Positions 17,295-24,811 of a stretch of 32,000 bases of DNA are shown here, piece after piece. Every line of letters starts with the position of its first letter. Within the stretch, counting starts at the first letter, position 1. The position numbers and the translations under genes were made by a program. Origin of the DNA: Alkanindiges illinoisensis DSM 15370 (GTDB taxonomy: Bacteria; Pseudomonadota; Gammaproteobacteria; Pseudomonadales; Moraxellaceae); the NCBI RefSeq assembly GCF_000619845.1, contig NZ_JHUX01000003.1, forward strand, positions 460,064 through 492,063, read 5' to 3'. The notes beneath the pieces are model-generated. The model was not told the origin of the DNA, did not search any database, and saw only the letters and a program-made list of their open reading frames with translations.

Positions 17295-18208
17295 GCTTTG
17301 CGCTGATTGCCTGTAATGCTGCCAGTACCCTGCATGGGCTGGTGCAGGCTACCTGATGAAGGCGAAACCACAGCACCTTCACCAATCCGGCTACTGGTCA
17401 TCAGGGCGGTGAGGTTTTCAGTAAGCTGCGGCATCACCTGATGCGACAGAATTTCCGCCTTGGTTAGCCCAACATGGACTTCCTCACGCGGATTTTCGAT
17501 AAGCTCAACAATAGCTTTGGCAACATTGAGTGGATCATCAGGTAATGGCATGCGAATAACATGACCCGTGTAGTTGGCGGCATGCTCAAACCACGGCGTA
17601 TCCGTAACCCAGGGATTGACAGTACAGACGTGAATATTCTTGATTTTTTCAGTTTTAAGTTCCTGATATAGCGCTTCACCAAGACCCACCACACCAAACT
17701 TGGCAGTAATATAGGAAGCAAAATACGGCATCGGCACTTTGCCTGCCGCAGAACCGACATTAATCAGCGTGCCATAACCTTGCTGTTTAAACTGGTTAAG
17801 CGCGATATGGCTGCCAATAATGACACCCTGAAGTGAGGTTTCAATAACGCGCAAATGATCCTGCAGTGGCACTTCCTCAAAACGTCCGGCAGCGCCAATC
17901 CCGGCATTGTTAATCCATACATCAATCTTGCCAAAGCGTGCAATGGCGGCCTGAGCCAGTTGCTGCATATCCTCTGGCTTGCTGACATCGGTTGTTACTG
18001 CAATGGCATTACCACATTGACCAGCCAGCTCGTCAATCAGTTCAGAGCGCCGCGAAGCCAAAACCAGGGTTGCGCCATGCTGGGCGAGTTGCAAGGCAGT
18101 TGCTTTACCAATGCCACTGGAGGCACCTGTAAGTACGACCACCAGGGAATTATTGGTGATAAAGTCGGAATCTGTAACCTCTGCATCAATGGCATGCTCT
18201 AAGGTCAT
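17279..18208 (-). CDS. Short-chain dehydrogenase/reductase (SDR) family oxidoreductase
   Basis: AGGAG RBS. Motifs are TGASSGIG (cofactor), NNAG and S...YITAK (catalytic YxxxK). A ~50-aa S/G-rich C-terminal extension is present. Confidence 0.9.
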   Translation of the reverse strand: MTLEHAIDAEVTDSDFITNNSLVVVLTGASSGIGKATALQLAQHGATLVLASRRSELIDELAGQCGNAIAVTTDVSKPEDMQQLAQAAIARFGKIDVWINNAGIGAAGRFEEVPLQDHLRVIETSLQGVIIGSHIALNQFKQQGYGTLINVGSAAGKVPMPYFASYITAKFGVVGLGEALYQELKTEKIKNIHVCTVNPWVTDTPWFEHAANYTGHVIRMPLPDDPLNVAKAIVELIENPREEVHVGLTKAEILSHQVMPQLTENLTALMTSSRIGEGAVVSPSSGSLHQPMQGTGSITGNQRKASSDK

Positions 18209-18609
18209 AAAAAATCTCCTGACACATATGTTTAACCATCATAAATCGCTTACGGCTAAAAGATATTCCTGTTTTGAGGTGGCGTGGTAAAGCTGCGTGT
18301 TGTTCCTGTAATATTATTTATGCTGGCTAAAGTCTTACAGGCTTATAAGAAACTACTAGGATCATTAGTAAAAATAGAATGTCAGTTACAGCATTACCGA
18401 AATTGCGTATATTCTGGAATTTTCAGATTACAGCAGTCTTATTCTGCTTCATTAATATATTAACATAAGCTACTGTTTTATAATTAAATAAATATAAAAT
18501 TTATTGCTGAAAATTTTTAAAACTAACAGAAATACTTAACAATATGACTTTTTGTTTACCGTTTAATTTTTTATAAAGGAACCATATTTTTAATATTATT
18601 TAGAAAATA

Positions 18610-19038
18610 ATGACTGATCAAAGTACCAAACAAGCCAGAATTAATGCACTAATACAGGATCTGGCCAACTTAAAAGCCGAGCATATTACAGATGAGCAAC
18701 TGGCTCGCATGACAGAAATTATCAATGTTGCTTCAGTACAAAATTCTCAGCATAGTGGCACACAAGGTCTTGCCGAGAATTTTTTCCGCACTGAAACCCT
18801 GATTAAAACACTGGAAAGCGATATTGCCAGCCTTGAGCAAAGTGACTTGCTTATCAATAATGAGCTTCGTCTGGTGGAAATGCAAAAACAGTTAAAAGCG
18901 GCTCAGGAAACGCTTGAAGAGCTGGCTGACTTAATTCAGAACAATGCTGAAGAGTTAGGTCACTTTAAAACTATTGACAGTATAAATCATTTGCCTTTAA
19001 CCATACGTTTATATGAGCAGGCAAAAGCTTTAGATTAA
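18610..19038 (+). CDS. Hypothetical 142-aa protein, apparently all-helical/coiled-coil, first gene of the AT-rich islet
   Basis: It is the only long ORF in this stretch. It has heptad-like E/L/Q-rich sequence, no signal peptide or TM segment, and no family I recognise. Confidence 0.5.
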   Translation: MTDQSTKQARINALIQDLANLKAEHITDEQLARMTEIINVASVQNSQHSGTQGLAENFFRTETLIKTLESDIASLEQSDLLINNELRLVEMQKQLKAAQETLEELADLIQNNAEELGHFKTIDSINHLPLTIRLYEQAKALD

Positions 19039-19258
19039 TTATTATTAAACTGATTTAACCACAACCGTATTTATTGAAAGACTGGATTATTTTTAGGCTA
19101 TTTATCAGGCTCAATAAATAAAGTCACTGTTAAAATTAAGATATACCGTTCTGTCTATAATGGTAATAATTTATGTGAAACTCTGAAAAACAGTTTTACA
19201 TTTGCCATAATTTTCTCATGACTAATCCCTAAATCGTTATAAGCACTAGGCCAAAAAA

Positions 19259-19432
19259 ATGAGTCAAGCGTTTAAAAAATGCAAATCTTGCCATACGGTA
19301 TTACCACATAGTGCTTCCCAATGTGAGCATTGCAGGTTTGCTGATGAAAAAAGCTGGGCGCTAATCTTTTTTGTTTGTACCCTATTACTTTTAATTTGTC
19401 TTTTGGCTTTCATTATTTTAAAAAATTTTTAA
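19259..19432 (+). CDS. Zinc-ribbon plus single-TM microprotein (57 aa), below the ORF-track cutoff
   Basis: Manual translation gives MSQAFKKCKSCHTVLPHSASQCEHCRFADEKSWALIFFVCTLLLLICLLAFIILKNF. The layout is CxxC-x10-CxxC followed by a hydrophobic helix, the same as the ORF at 20808. Confidence 0.45.
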   Translation: MSQAFKKCKSCHTVLPHSASQCEHCRFADEKSWALIFFVCTLLLLICLLAFIILKNF

Positions 19433-19705
19433 TATATTAATATTATGAAGTTACTTATTCATTCTCGATACTTAGGTTAATAGATGATTTAAATATTTTT
19501 TATACAGTTAGATTAGATAATAATTTTTGCTATCTAAAGTCTTTAAAAACACTATAAAAGCATCACCTCGAATAACGAAAAGACATTTTTTTAATATTTC
19601 TCCTGTTCAGACTGCTATAAAACACAACTGTTGTCATCATAGAAGCAGCAGACTTTCTTTAAATAATCGATATGATCAAATCAGGACAAGTTCAGTAGGA
19701 TTGCA

Positions 19706-20548
19706 ATGATGATTAATCATGGAATCTCAGGTAATAAGAATTTTAGAGTAAGTTCAGATAAGGCCATACTGTTATCTTCTGCAACTTATTTCTATCAAAA
19801 ACAACAGGCATTGCCTGAAACAGGGAAGATAGGTAGAAATATTTTCACGCAAACATATCAAGGTTTAAATACTAATACCTTGAAATTGCCTGATTTTTTT
19901 AGGCTTAAGTATTGGCAGGATTTTAAATATAGCAATATTTCCATGCCGGCTCTTTACTGTGCTCTGCTAAGTATTTTAACTGCTAGTGGCATGGCTATTT
20001 ATAGTCAGTTTATTAATCTTTCTACAATTAAGCTGGAAATGGCTGGGCAGCTAATCCTGATCAGTTTATGGGCTGCTATTGTGGCCGGAGTAATTATTGT
20101 ATTAAAGGCTTTAAAAAGCTGGCGCCTCCAACAGCATTATGCCCCTTTAAAACCTGTTGTATTGCAGGTCTGGAATCAACTGGATGAATTAAATGCATAT
20201 ATAGAGCGGATTCAGAAAACCTGCCAGACTTCTGAAAAGCCAGTGCCAGCTACCTTGATGAAGTGTCTGGACAATTATTATGAAAAAACAATTTGCTTTA
20301 ATAAGGAGTTGCAAAAAATTAAGCTGTTTATAGACGACAAACAGTTTGATCAGTTACTCGACCAGTATCAGGCCATCAGTAAAGCATTTCGTGATCAGCT
20401 AACTAGATTAATTGCCCTGCTATCTGATCAGCCTTATGAAACAAATCCGTGTAACCTTGTGCTGCAAAATTTAGTACCTCTGTATTTATCCCTGGATCAG
20501 TACCATCAGGCTATTGCAAAGCAACTTATTCAGATCATACGTTATTGA
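19706..20548 (+). CDS. Hypothetical 280-aa membrane protein (two TM helices plus a long helical C-terminal domain)
   Basis: AGGA lies 5 nt upstream of the ATG. The TM candidates are PALYCALLSILTASGMAIYSQF and GQLILISLWAAIVAGVIIVL. I recognise no family. Confidence 0.55.
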   Translation: MMINHGISGNKNFRVSSDKAILLSSATYFYQKQQALPETGKIGRNIFTQTYQGLNTNTLKLPDFFRLKYWQDFKYSNISMPALYCALLSILTASGMAIYSQFINLSTIKLEMAGQLILISLWAAIVAGVIIVLKALKSWRLQQHYAPLKPVVLQVWNQLDELNAYIERIQKTCQTSEKPVPATLMKCLDNYYEKTICFNKELQKIKLFIDDKQFDQLLDQYQAISKAFRDQLTRLIALLSDQPYETNPCNLVLQNLVPLYLSLDQYHQAIAKQLIQIIRY

Positions 20549-20807
20549 TGCTCTAAAATAATTTAAAAAGTGTGATGTTGTTTGCACCAGCATTTATTGA
20601 AGGATTAGGAATGTACTTTATTTTAAAAATTATCTCTTATGCTTAATTTCTGGTGCTTATAAGCACAATTCATATTTACTAAAGAAAACAGCATAAAAAT
20701 TCATAAATTTATTTTATTTTTGTAATTTAAATGTACTAATTGTGTAGTATTTTATAGAAATTGGTTATTTCATTTGTTCTATTACCTTTAATTCAGCTGG
20801 CTATCAG

Positions 20808-21011
20808 ATGAGAATATTTCACATTTATAACCCCACTTGCCAACATTGTCATCATTCCTTACGCGGGAATTATGCGACTTGCTATAGATGCGACAAAGGC
20901 AATGAGGTTTATTGGAAAGCTACTATTTTATGCTATGGCGTTTTTATGGTAGCACTATTGATCATGGTGGCTTTAATAGAAAAAGGCTGGTCTTTTAACC
21001 CATTCCTGTAA
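20808..21011 (+). CDS. Zinc-ribbon plus single-TM microprotein (67 aa), similar in architecture to 19259..19432
   Basis: The sequence reads ...CQHCHHSLRGNYATCYRC... (CxxC-x10-CxxC) followed by ILCYGVFMVALLIMVAL. No SD is present. Confidence 0.45.
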   Translation: MRIFHIYNPTCQHCHHSLRGNYATCYRCDKGNEVYWKATILCYGVFMVALLIMVALIEKGWSFNPFL

Positions 21012-21055
21012 GGGTTAATCTGATGGGATTGATGTTAAAACCTGATAGCTTAACT

Positions 21056-21994
21056 TTAATGCTGGGTTTTAGTCTGCTGGTTAAATTGCATTAAGGTGGC
21101 GGCTTGTGCCTGTACCAGCTTTAATGTAGTTCCCGGATGTCGTAATGCGCAGCCCATGGCTACGTCTACATTAACCCGCTGCAATACTTCCAGCAGGTGC
21201 TGACCAAACAGATCGGCCTGTTTTTTATCCAGATTAATTTTCAAAATAGCAAATTCATCAGCACCAATACGGGCGATAATGTCGTTTTTACCTGTATTAT
21301 TCCTAAGGGTTTGCGCGGTGCGCTGAAGCATGGCATCACCTGTAGCCCGACCATAAATAGTATTAATTTCCTTAAAGCCATTCAGGTCAAGAATGTAAAT
21401 CGCACAATAATGACCATAGCGTCGGCTGCGTTCTTCCTCGGCCTGTAGCAGTTTTTCCCAGCCCCGTTCGTTATACACTTGGGTCAGCTCGTCGGTGCAG
21501 GATTCAGCCTGTAACCGTTCCAGATAGCGGCTATGTTCAGCCAGCTTGAGTTCTTTTTGTAGGGTAAGGCTAAGCAGGCCGCCCAGCAGTTCGATCAGGT
21601 GTTCTTCCTGCAGGAGTGATTCAGGCATCGGTTGGGGATCAATGGCACACAGCGTACCAAACAGTTCACCGTGTTCATTAAGTAGTGGATAGCCAATATA
21701 GGCTTTGATATTGACTTGCTGGGCAATCGGTGCTGAGGCATACAGGCTTACTTGGTCAGAGCAGGGGGCCATACGCGGGGTTAGCCCCTGAACCATGTGG
21801 CAGCAAAATGAATCTGCCCAGCGAAAGACCTGGCCGGGTTTGATGCCATAGCCATGATCTTCCGCTTGCAGGACAATCCAGTCCTCGCCTTCGGTACGGG
21901 TGATCATCCACAGGTTAAAGCCCAGCCGTTCATGCAGGAAACCAAGTACAGCCTGACCAGCATTTTCAAAATTATCAAAAACCCGCAAATCCAT
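21056..21994 (-). CDS. GAF-GGDEF paralogue with degenerate catalytic and inhibitory sites (probably enzymatically inactive)
   Basis: GAGG RBS. By eye it aligns over its whole length with 16140..17081 at roughly half identical residues. The motif reads GADEF (21251-21265, RIGADEFAIL). The I-site position reads GKND instead of RxxD, and DLNGFKEINT replaces DLDGLKEVND. Confidence 0.85.
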   Translation of the reverse strand: MDLRVFDNFENAGQAVLGFLHERLGFNLWMITRTEGEDWIVLQAEDHGYGIKPGQVFRWADSFCCHMVQGLTPRMAPCSDQVSLYASAPIAQQVNIKAYIGYPLLNEHGELFGTLCAIDPQPMPESLLQEEHLIELLGGLLSLTLQKELKLAEHSRYLERLQAESCTDELTQVYNERGWEKLLQAEEERSRRYGHYCAIYILDLNGFKEINTIYGRATGDAMLQRTAQTLRNNTGKNDIIARIGADEFAILKINLDKKQADLFGQHLLEVLQRVNVDVAMGCALRHPGTTLKLVQAQAATLMQFNQQTKTQH

Positions 21995-22086
21995 TCATTA
22001 CCTCAACTTATTTTTTTACTAAGCGTAACTACATAATCATTATATGATTAAACCACGATAAATATTTAATTTTTGTTGGACCCTGC

Positions 22087-22113
22087 AAAAAAATAAGGCT
22101 AGGTAACGCTAGC
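22087..22113 (-). terminator. Terminator-like hairpin downstream of the hydrolase gene
   Basis: On the minus strand, GCTAG-cgttac-CTAGC forms a 5-bp stem followed by CTTATTTTTTT (T7). The stem is short, so confidence is moderate only. Confidence 0.4.
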
Positions 22114-22201
22114 ACATGCAAGGCTTAATCATTAGTCAGGCTTTCCGGCATAATTGCCAGATCGATTGGCCTGAATTACCCAATGGAAGGCAAAAACCGC
22201 A

Positions 22202-24349
22202 CTAGGTTGCCGGTTCTTCTGCCTTGGATGGATTGGGTGAGACATCGCCCAGTTGCTCAAGATGCAGGCGTAAAATCCGGCGTAGCTCCAAAATCGCCTG
22301 TGGCGTTTCCTGAATGGAATGGCCGCCTTCTATAATCTTTTCCGATACAGCGCCATCCAGGTGAGCACTGCTGTAAGACACAATGCCGTCGCTCATTTCA
22401 GACTTGGGCACGTTGCCTTTATCATTGCCAATGATGGAGTGATAAGGTAAGCCTGCAATAATGTGCGCGTCTTGCGTAAGTTTGGTGAAGTCGGATTTTT
22501 TGCTTAGGTCACTTGGGCCATTTTGTACTTTGGTAAGCGAAATATTATGAATGGTTTCCAGTAGCTGCTGATCAATATTGGCAGTTTGCGAACCGGTAAC
22601 AATCGACTCCACAAATGATTTGGGTAAGCGGATTATCTTGCGGACAGCACGGGTAAACCAGCGATCGGCATAATCAGTACCGCGTAACGGGGCAGACAGT
22701 AAGACCATACGGCCAACTTCCGGCAGCGCCTGCATGCTAAAGCGCTGCTGTACTGCTGGAATGGACATTAACTTCTGGCGTACTTGTGAATTGATATCGG
22801 TCAGGGCTTTATCCTGAAAGTTATCATTGCTCATGAGCAGCCGCGCAATTACCGCACCCATGCTATGTCCAATCAGCACTGCATCCTGACTGGCAGTCGC
22901 CTTACCTTGTGGATCAACCTGCTTAAAGGCATTTTCAATCAGGCCATGAATCTGGTAGCGGTTTTCCAGAATGGGCATATTGGTAGAATAAAAAACCTGC
23001 CACACCTGATAATGTTCCCGCAAAATCGTATCACCCAATGCATCATGGGTCAGCCGGATCCAGGCTTCAGGGCTACTGGCCAGCCCATGTACCATGATAA
23101 TGACACGCTTGTTGGGATTATAAGGCTCCAGCATGTAAAGATGCGGGGCAATCAGGTGTTCTTCACGGCCCAGCAAGCTCCGGTAAGCCGTTGCGGCCAG
23201 ATCAGTGCGCGCCAGCCATAGCCCGTAGGGTGCTGAAAAATTGGCAGCCAATGGATAAGATTTCTGGTCAACCTCAATCTTTTCATACTGATAAGGGTTA
23301 TAAATCTGCACATCAAAGGCATGGCTTTGCAGGATTTCCTTAATGTTATTGCCACGCGGCTGAGCGACCATCGTAACAGGCAGGTAACGGGCCTGATGAA
23401 TATTATTTTTAGCCTGTGCTTTGCCTTGCCCACCATCAGTGTTTTTATTAACTGCCTGCTTTACGCTATAGGTATCTACTGGCTTGACTGGTTCTTCAGC
23501 ACTTTCTGGCAGAATACTGACAAATTCCGTACCAAAGCCATCACGCCGGTTAATAGACTGCAAACCCCTAAAATTCAGGTCGTAGGCGGACACCAGTTCA
23601 GTTGAGGCGGGCAGGGTTTTATCCTGACTTAAGTAAGGATAAAAATAAAAGGTATTGTCACCCAGCTGGAATGGCCGGTTATTGGTAAACCGGTAATTTT
23701 TATTGGTTTGATTGACCAATGTGACCAGATTAACCAGCGCCTGATTATAAAAATCCCGTACCTGAACCTGCCGGTTATCAAACAGGCGCTGGCCCGGTTC
23801 GCGCTCGGTATAAAACAGGTAGGCATAGGCATGGCGCAAACTGCTGGCCAGCAACCCCTGCTGGATAGACAGGCAGTTATAATAAGGCTTTAAATCAACA
23901 TTGGCTGAGGTATTAAGCGGACGAACAATTTTATTGCCAAGACCACTTAACTGCGTGCTAAACGGTTCGGGCTCAAAGGGCGAGCGGCATTCCGGCGTGT
24001 CCTTAAGCTGGTTGACCTTGGCCAGATACAGCTCACTGCCTACAGATAAATATTGCTCATCAACCACTTGAGGAACCTTGCGCAACTTGGTCAGGCAGGC
24101 TTCGGGATCATTGGTGCATTCTTCAGCATCCTGTCCGGTACTGGCCAGCACACTAAGCGTAGCCTCGCTTAGACGCGAGCGTACCAAAATGCTATCGCGT
24201 TCATTACTCAGCGACACCGATAGTGACTGTTGCTTGACTTTAACCACCTGACAGCCTGACAGCGTTATACTGGACGCAACAAAAATAAGGCCCGCTAGGG
24301 CTGAAATGGTTGAAGTTTTTGGCATGGTTAATAATATCTTTTTTGGCAT
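22202..24349 (-). CDS. Large lipoprotein with a C-terminal alpha/beta-hydrolase (esterase/lipase-like) domain
   Basis: The lipobox is ITLSGC. The nucleophile elbow is LIGHSMGAV, with candidate acid MSDGIVSY and His in EGGHSIQ. The start is uncertain: TTG 24385, ATG 24349 or ATG 24325. The latter two share a duplicated ATGCCAAAAA context. The ~400-aa N-terminal region has no family I recognise. Confidence 0.75.
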   Translation of the reverse strand: MPKKILLTMPKTSTISALAGLIFVASSITLSGCQVVKVKQQSLSVSLSNERDSILVRSRLSEATLSVLASTGQDAEECTNDPEACLTKLRKVPQVVDEQYLSVGSELYLAKVNQLKDTPECRSPFEPEPFSTQLSGLGNKIVRPLNTSANVDLKPYYNCLSIQQGLLASSLRHAYAYLFYTEREPGQRLFDNRQVQVRDFYNQALVNLVTLVNQTNKNYRFTNNRPFQLGDNTFYFYPYLSQDKTLPASTELVSAYDLNFRGLQSINRRDGFGTEFVSILPESAEEPVKPVDTYSVKQAVNKNTDGGQGKAQAKNNIHQARYLPVTMVAQPRGNNIKEILQSHAFDVQIYNPYQYEKIEVDQKSYPLAANFSAPYGLWLARTDLAATAYRSLLGREEHLIAPHLYMLEPYNPNKRVIIMVHGLASSPEAWIRLTHDALGDTILREHYQVWQVFYSTNMPILENRYQIHGLIENAFKQVDPQGKATASQDAVLIGHSMGAVIARLLMSNDNFQDKALTDINSQVRQKLMSIPAVQQRFSMQALPEVGRMVLLSAPLRGTDYADRWFTRAVRKIIRLPKSFVESIVTGSQTANIDQQLLETIHNISLTKVQNGPSDLSKKSDFTKLTQDAHIIAGLPYHSIIGNDKGNVPKSEMSDGIVSYSSAHLDGAVSEKIIEGGHSIQETPQAILELRRILRLHLEQLGDVSPNPSKAEEPAT

Positions 24350-24434
24350 AGGGTGATCATAACCAAAAAAACTTTTAATACCCAATGACTAAACCGTAAC
24401 AGTCATGTTGCTACAGCCCGTCAGTACTGCATAG

Positions 24435-24471
24435 ATTAAAACATAGCCCTGCAAATGGCTGATAACAGGGC
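24435..24471 (-). terminator. Terminator-like hairpin between hemP and the hydrolase gene
   Basis: On the minus strand, GCCCTG-(14 nt)-CAGGGC is followed by TATGTTTTAAT. The stem is 6 bp and GC-rich. Confidence 0.35.
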
Positions 24472-24519
24472 GATATGAAACTATTTTTATAAAATAATTG
24501 TTTTGAAAACCGACAATAA

Positions 24520-24684
24520 CTATTTAGTTAAAATAAGCCGGTTATTGCGGGTCAAGCGTAAACGGTATTCTTCACCTTCATGCAGGATACGGATTTCACG
24601 ACCCATGGCAAACAGATTATGTGAATGCAGCATAGGCAAGGTCTGGGCAGTATTATTGTTAAACATCTGGAATGGGGCGTTCAT
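24520..24684 (-). CDS. hemP: Hemin uptake protein HemP/HmuP family (54 aa), below the ORF-track cutoff
   Basis: Manual codon-by-codon translation gives MNAPFQMFNNNTAQTLPMLHSHNLFAMGREIRILHEGEEYRLRLTRNNRLILTK. The segment G-x-E-I-x-I-x-H-x-G-x-x-Y-x-L-R-x-T-x-x-x-x-L-I-L-T-K is the HemP signature. GGAG RBS; a Fur box lies 29 nt upstream. Confidence 0.7.
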   Translation of the reverse strand: MNAPFQMFNNNTAQTLPMLHSHNLFAMGREIRILHEGEEYRLRLTRNNRLILTK

Positions 24685-24712
24685 GACGGTTTCGTCTCCG
24701 TGCGCTGGTTTA

Positions 24713-24731
24713 ATTAATGATAATCATTATC
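24713..24731. promoter_or_regulatory. Near-consensus Fur box in the hemP / mutT-like divergent intergenic region
   Basis: ATTAATGATAATCATTATC matches GATAATGATAATCATTATC at 17/19 positions, and the last 17 nt are identical. Confidence 0.75.
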
Positions 24732-24811
24732 AAATAAAACTGTCAATCATTTGTATGGGCAACTGAATATTTTTTTGTAACCAGTAAACAAGGCAAGGCA
24801 TAATTGCTATT

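Noticed and set aside
19527-19709. A 60-aa plus-strand ORF in the islet
   Set aside because: The actual start triplet is TTG. The sequence is basic and low-complexity, lies in very AT-rich promoter-like DNA and runs into the RBS and start of the 280-aa gene. Most likely not coding.
18209-21055. The AT-rich islet as a classical mobile element or prophage remnant
   Set aside because: I found no integrase, transposase or recombinase ORF, no flanking tRNA, and no direct or inverted terminal repeats at the borders. I therefore report it as a compositional islet, not as a mobile_element feature.
24503-24766. The 87-aa plus-strand ORF from the track
   Set aside because: It lies antisense to the HemP-family ORF (24520..24684), which has a clear family signature and an RBS. 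It also runs through the Fur box and has no recognisable features. It is a shadow ORF.
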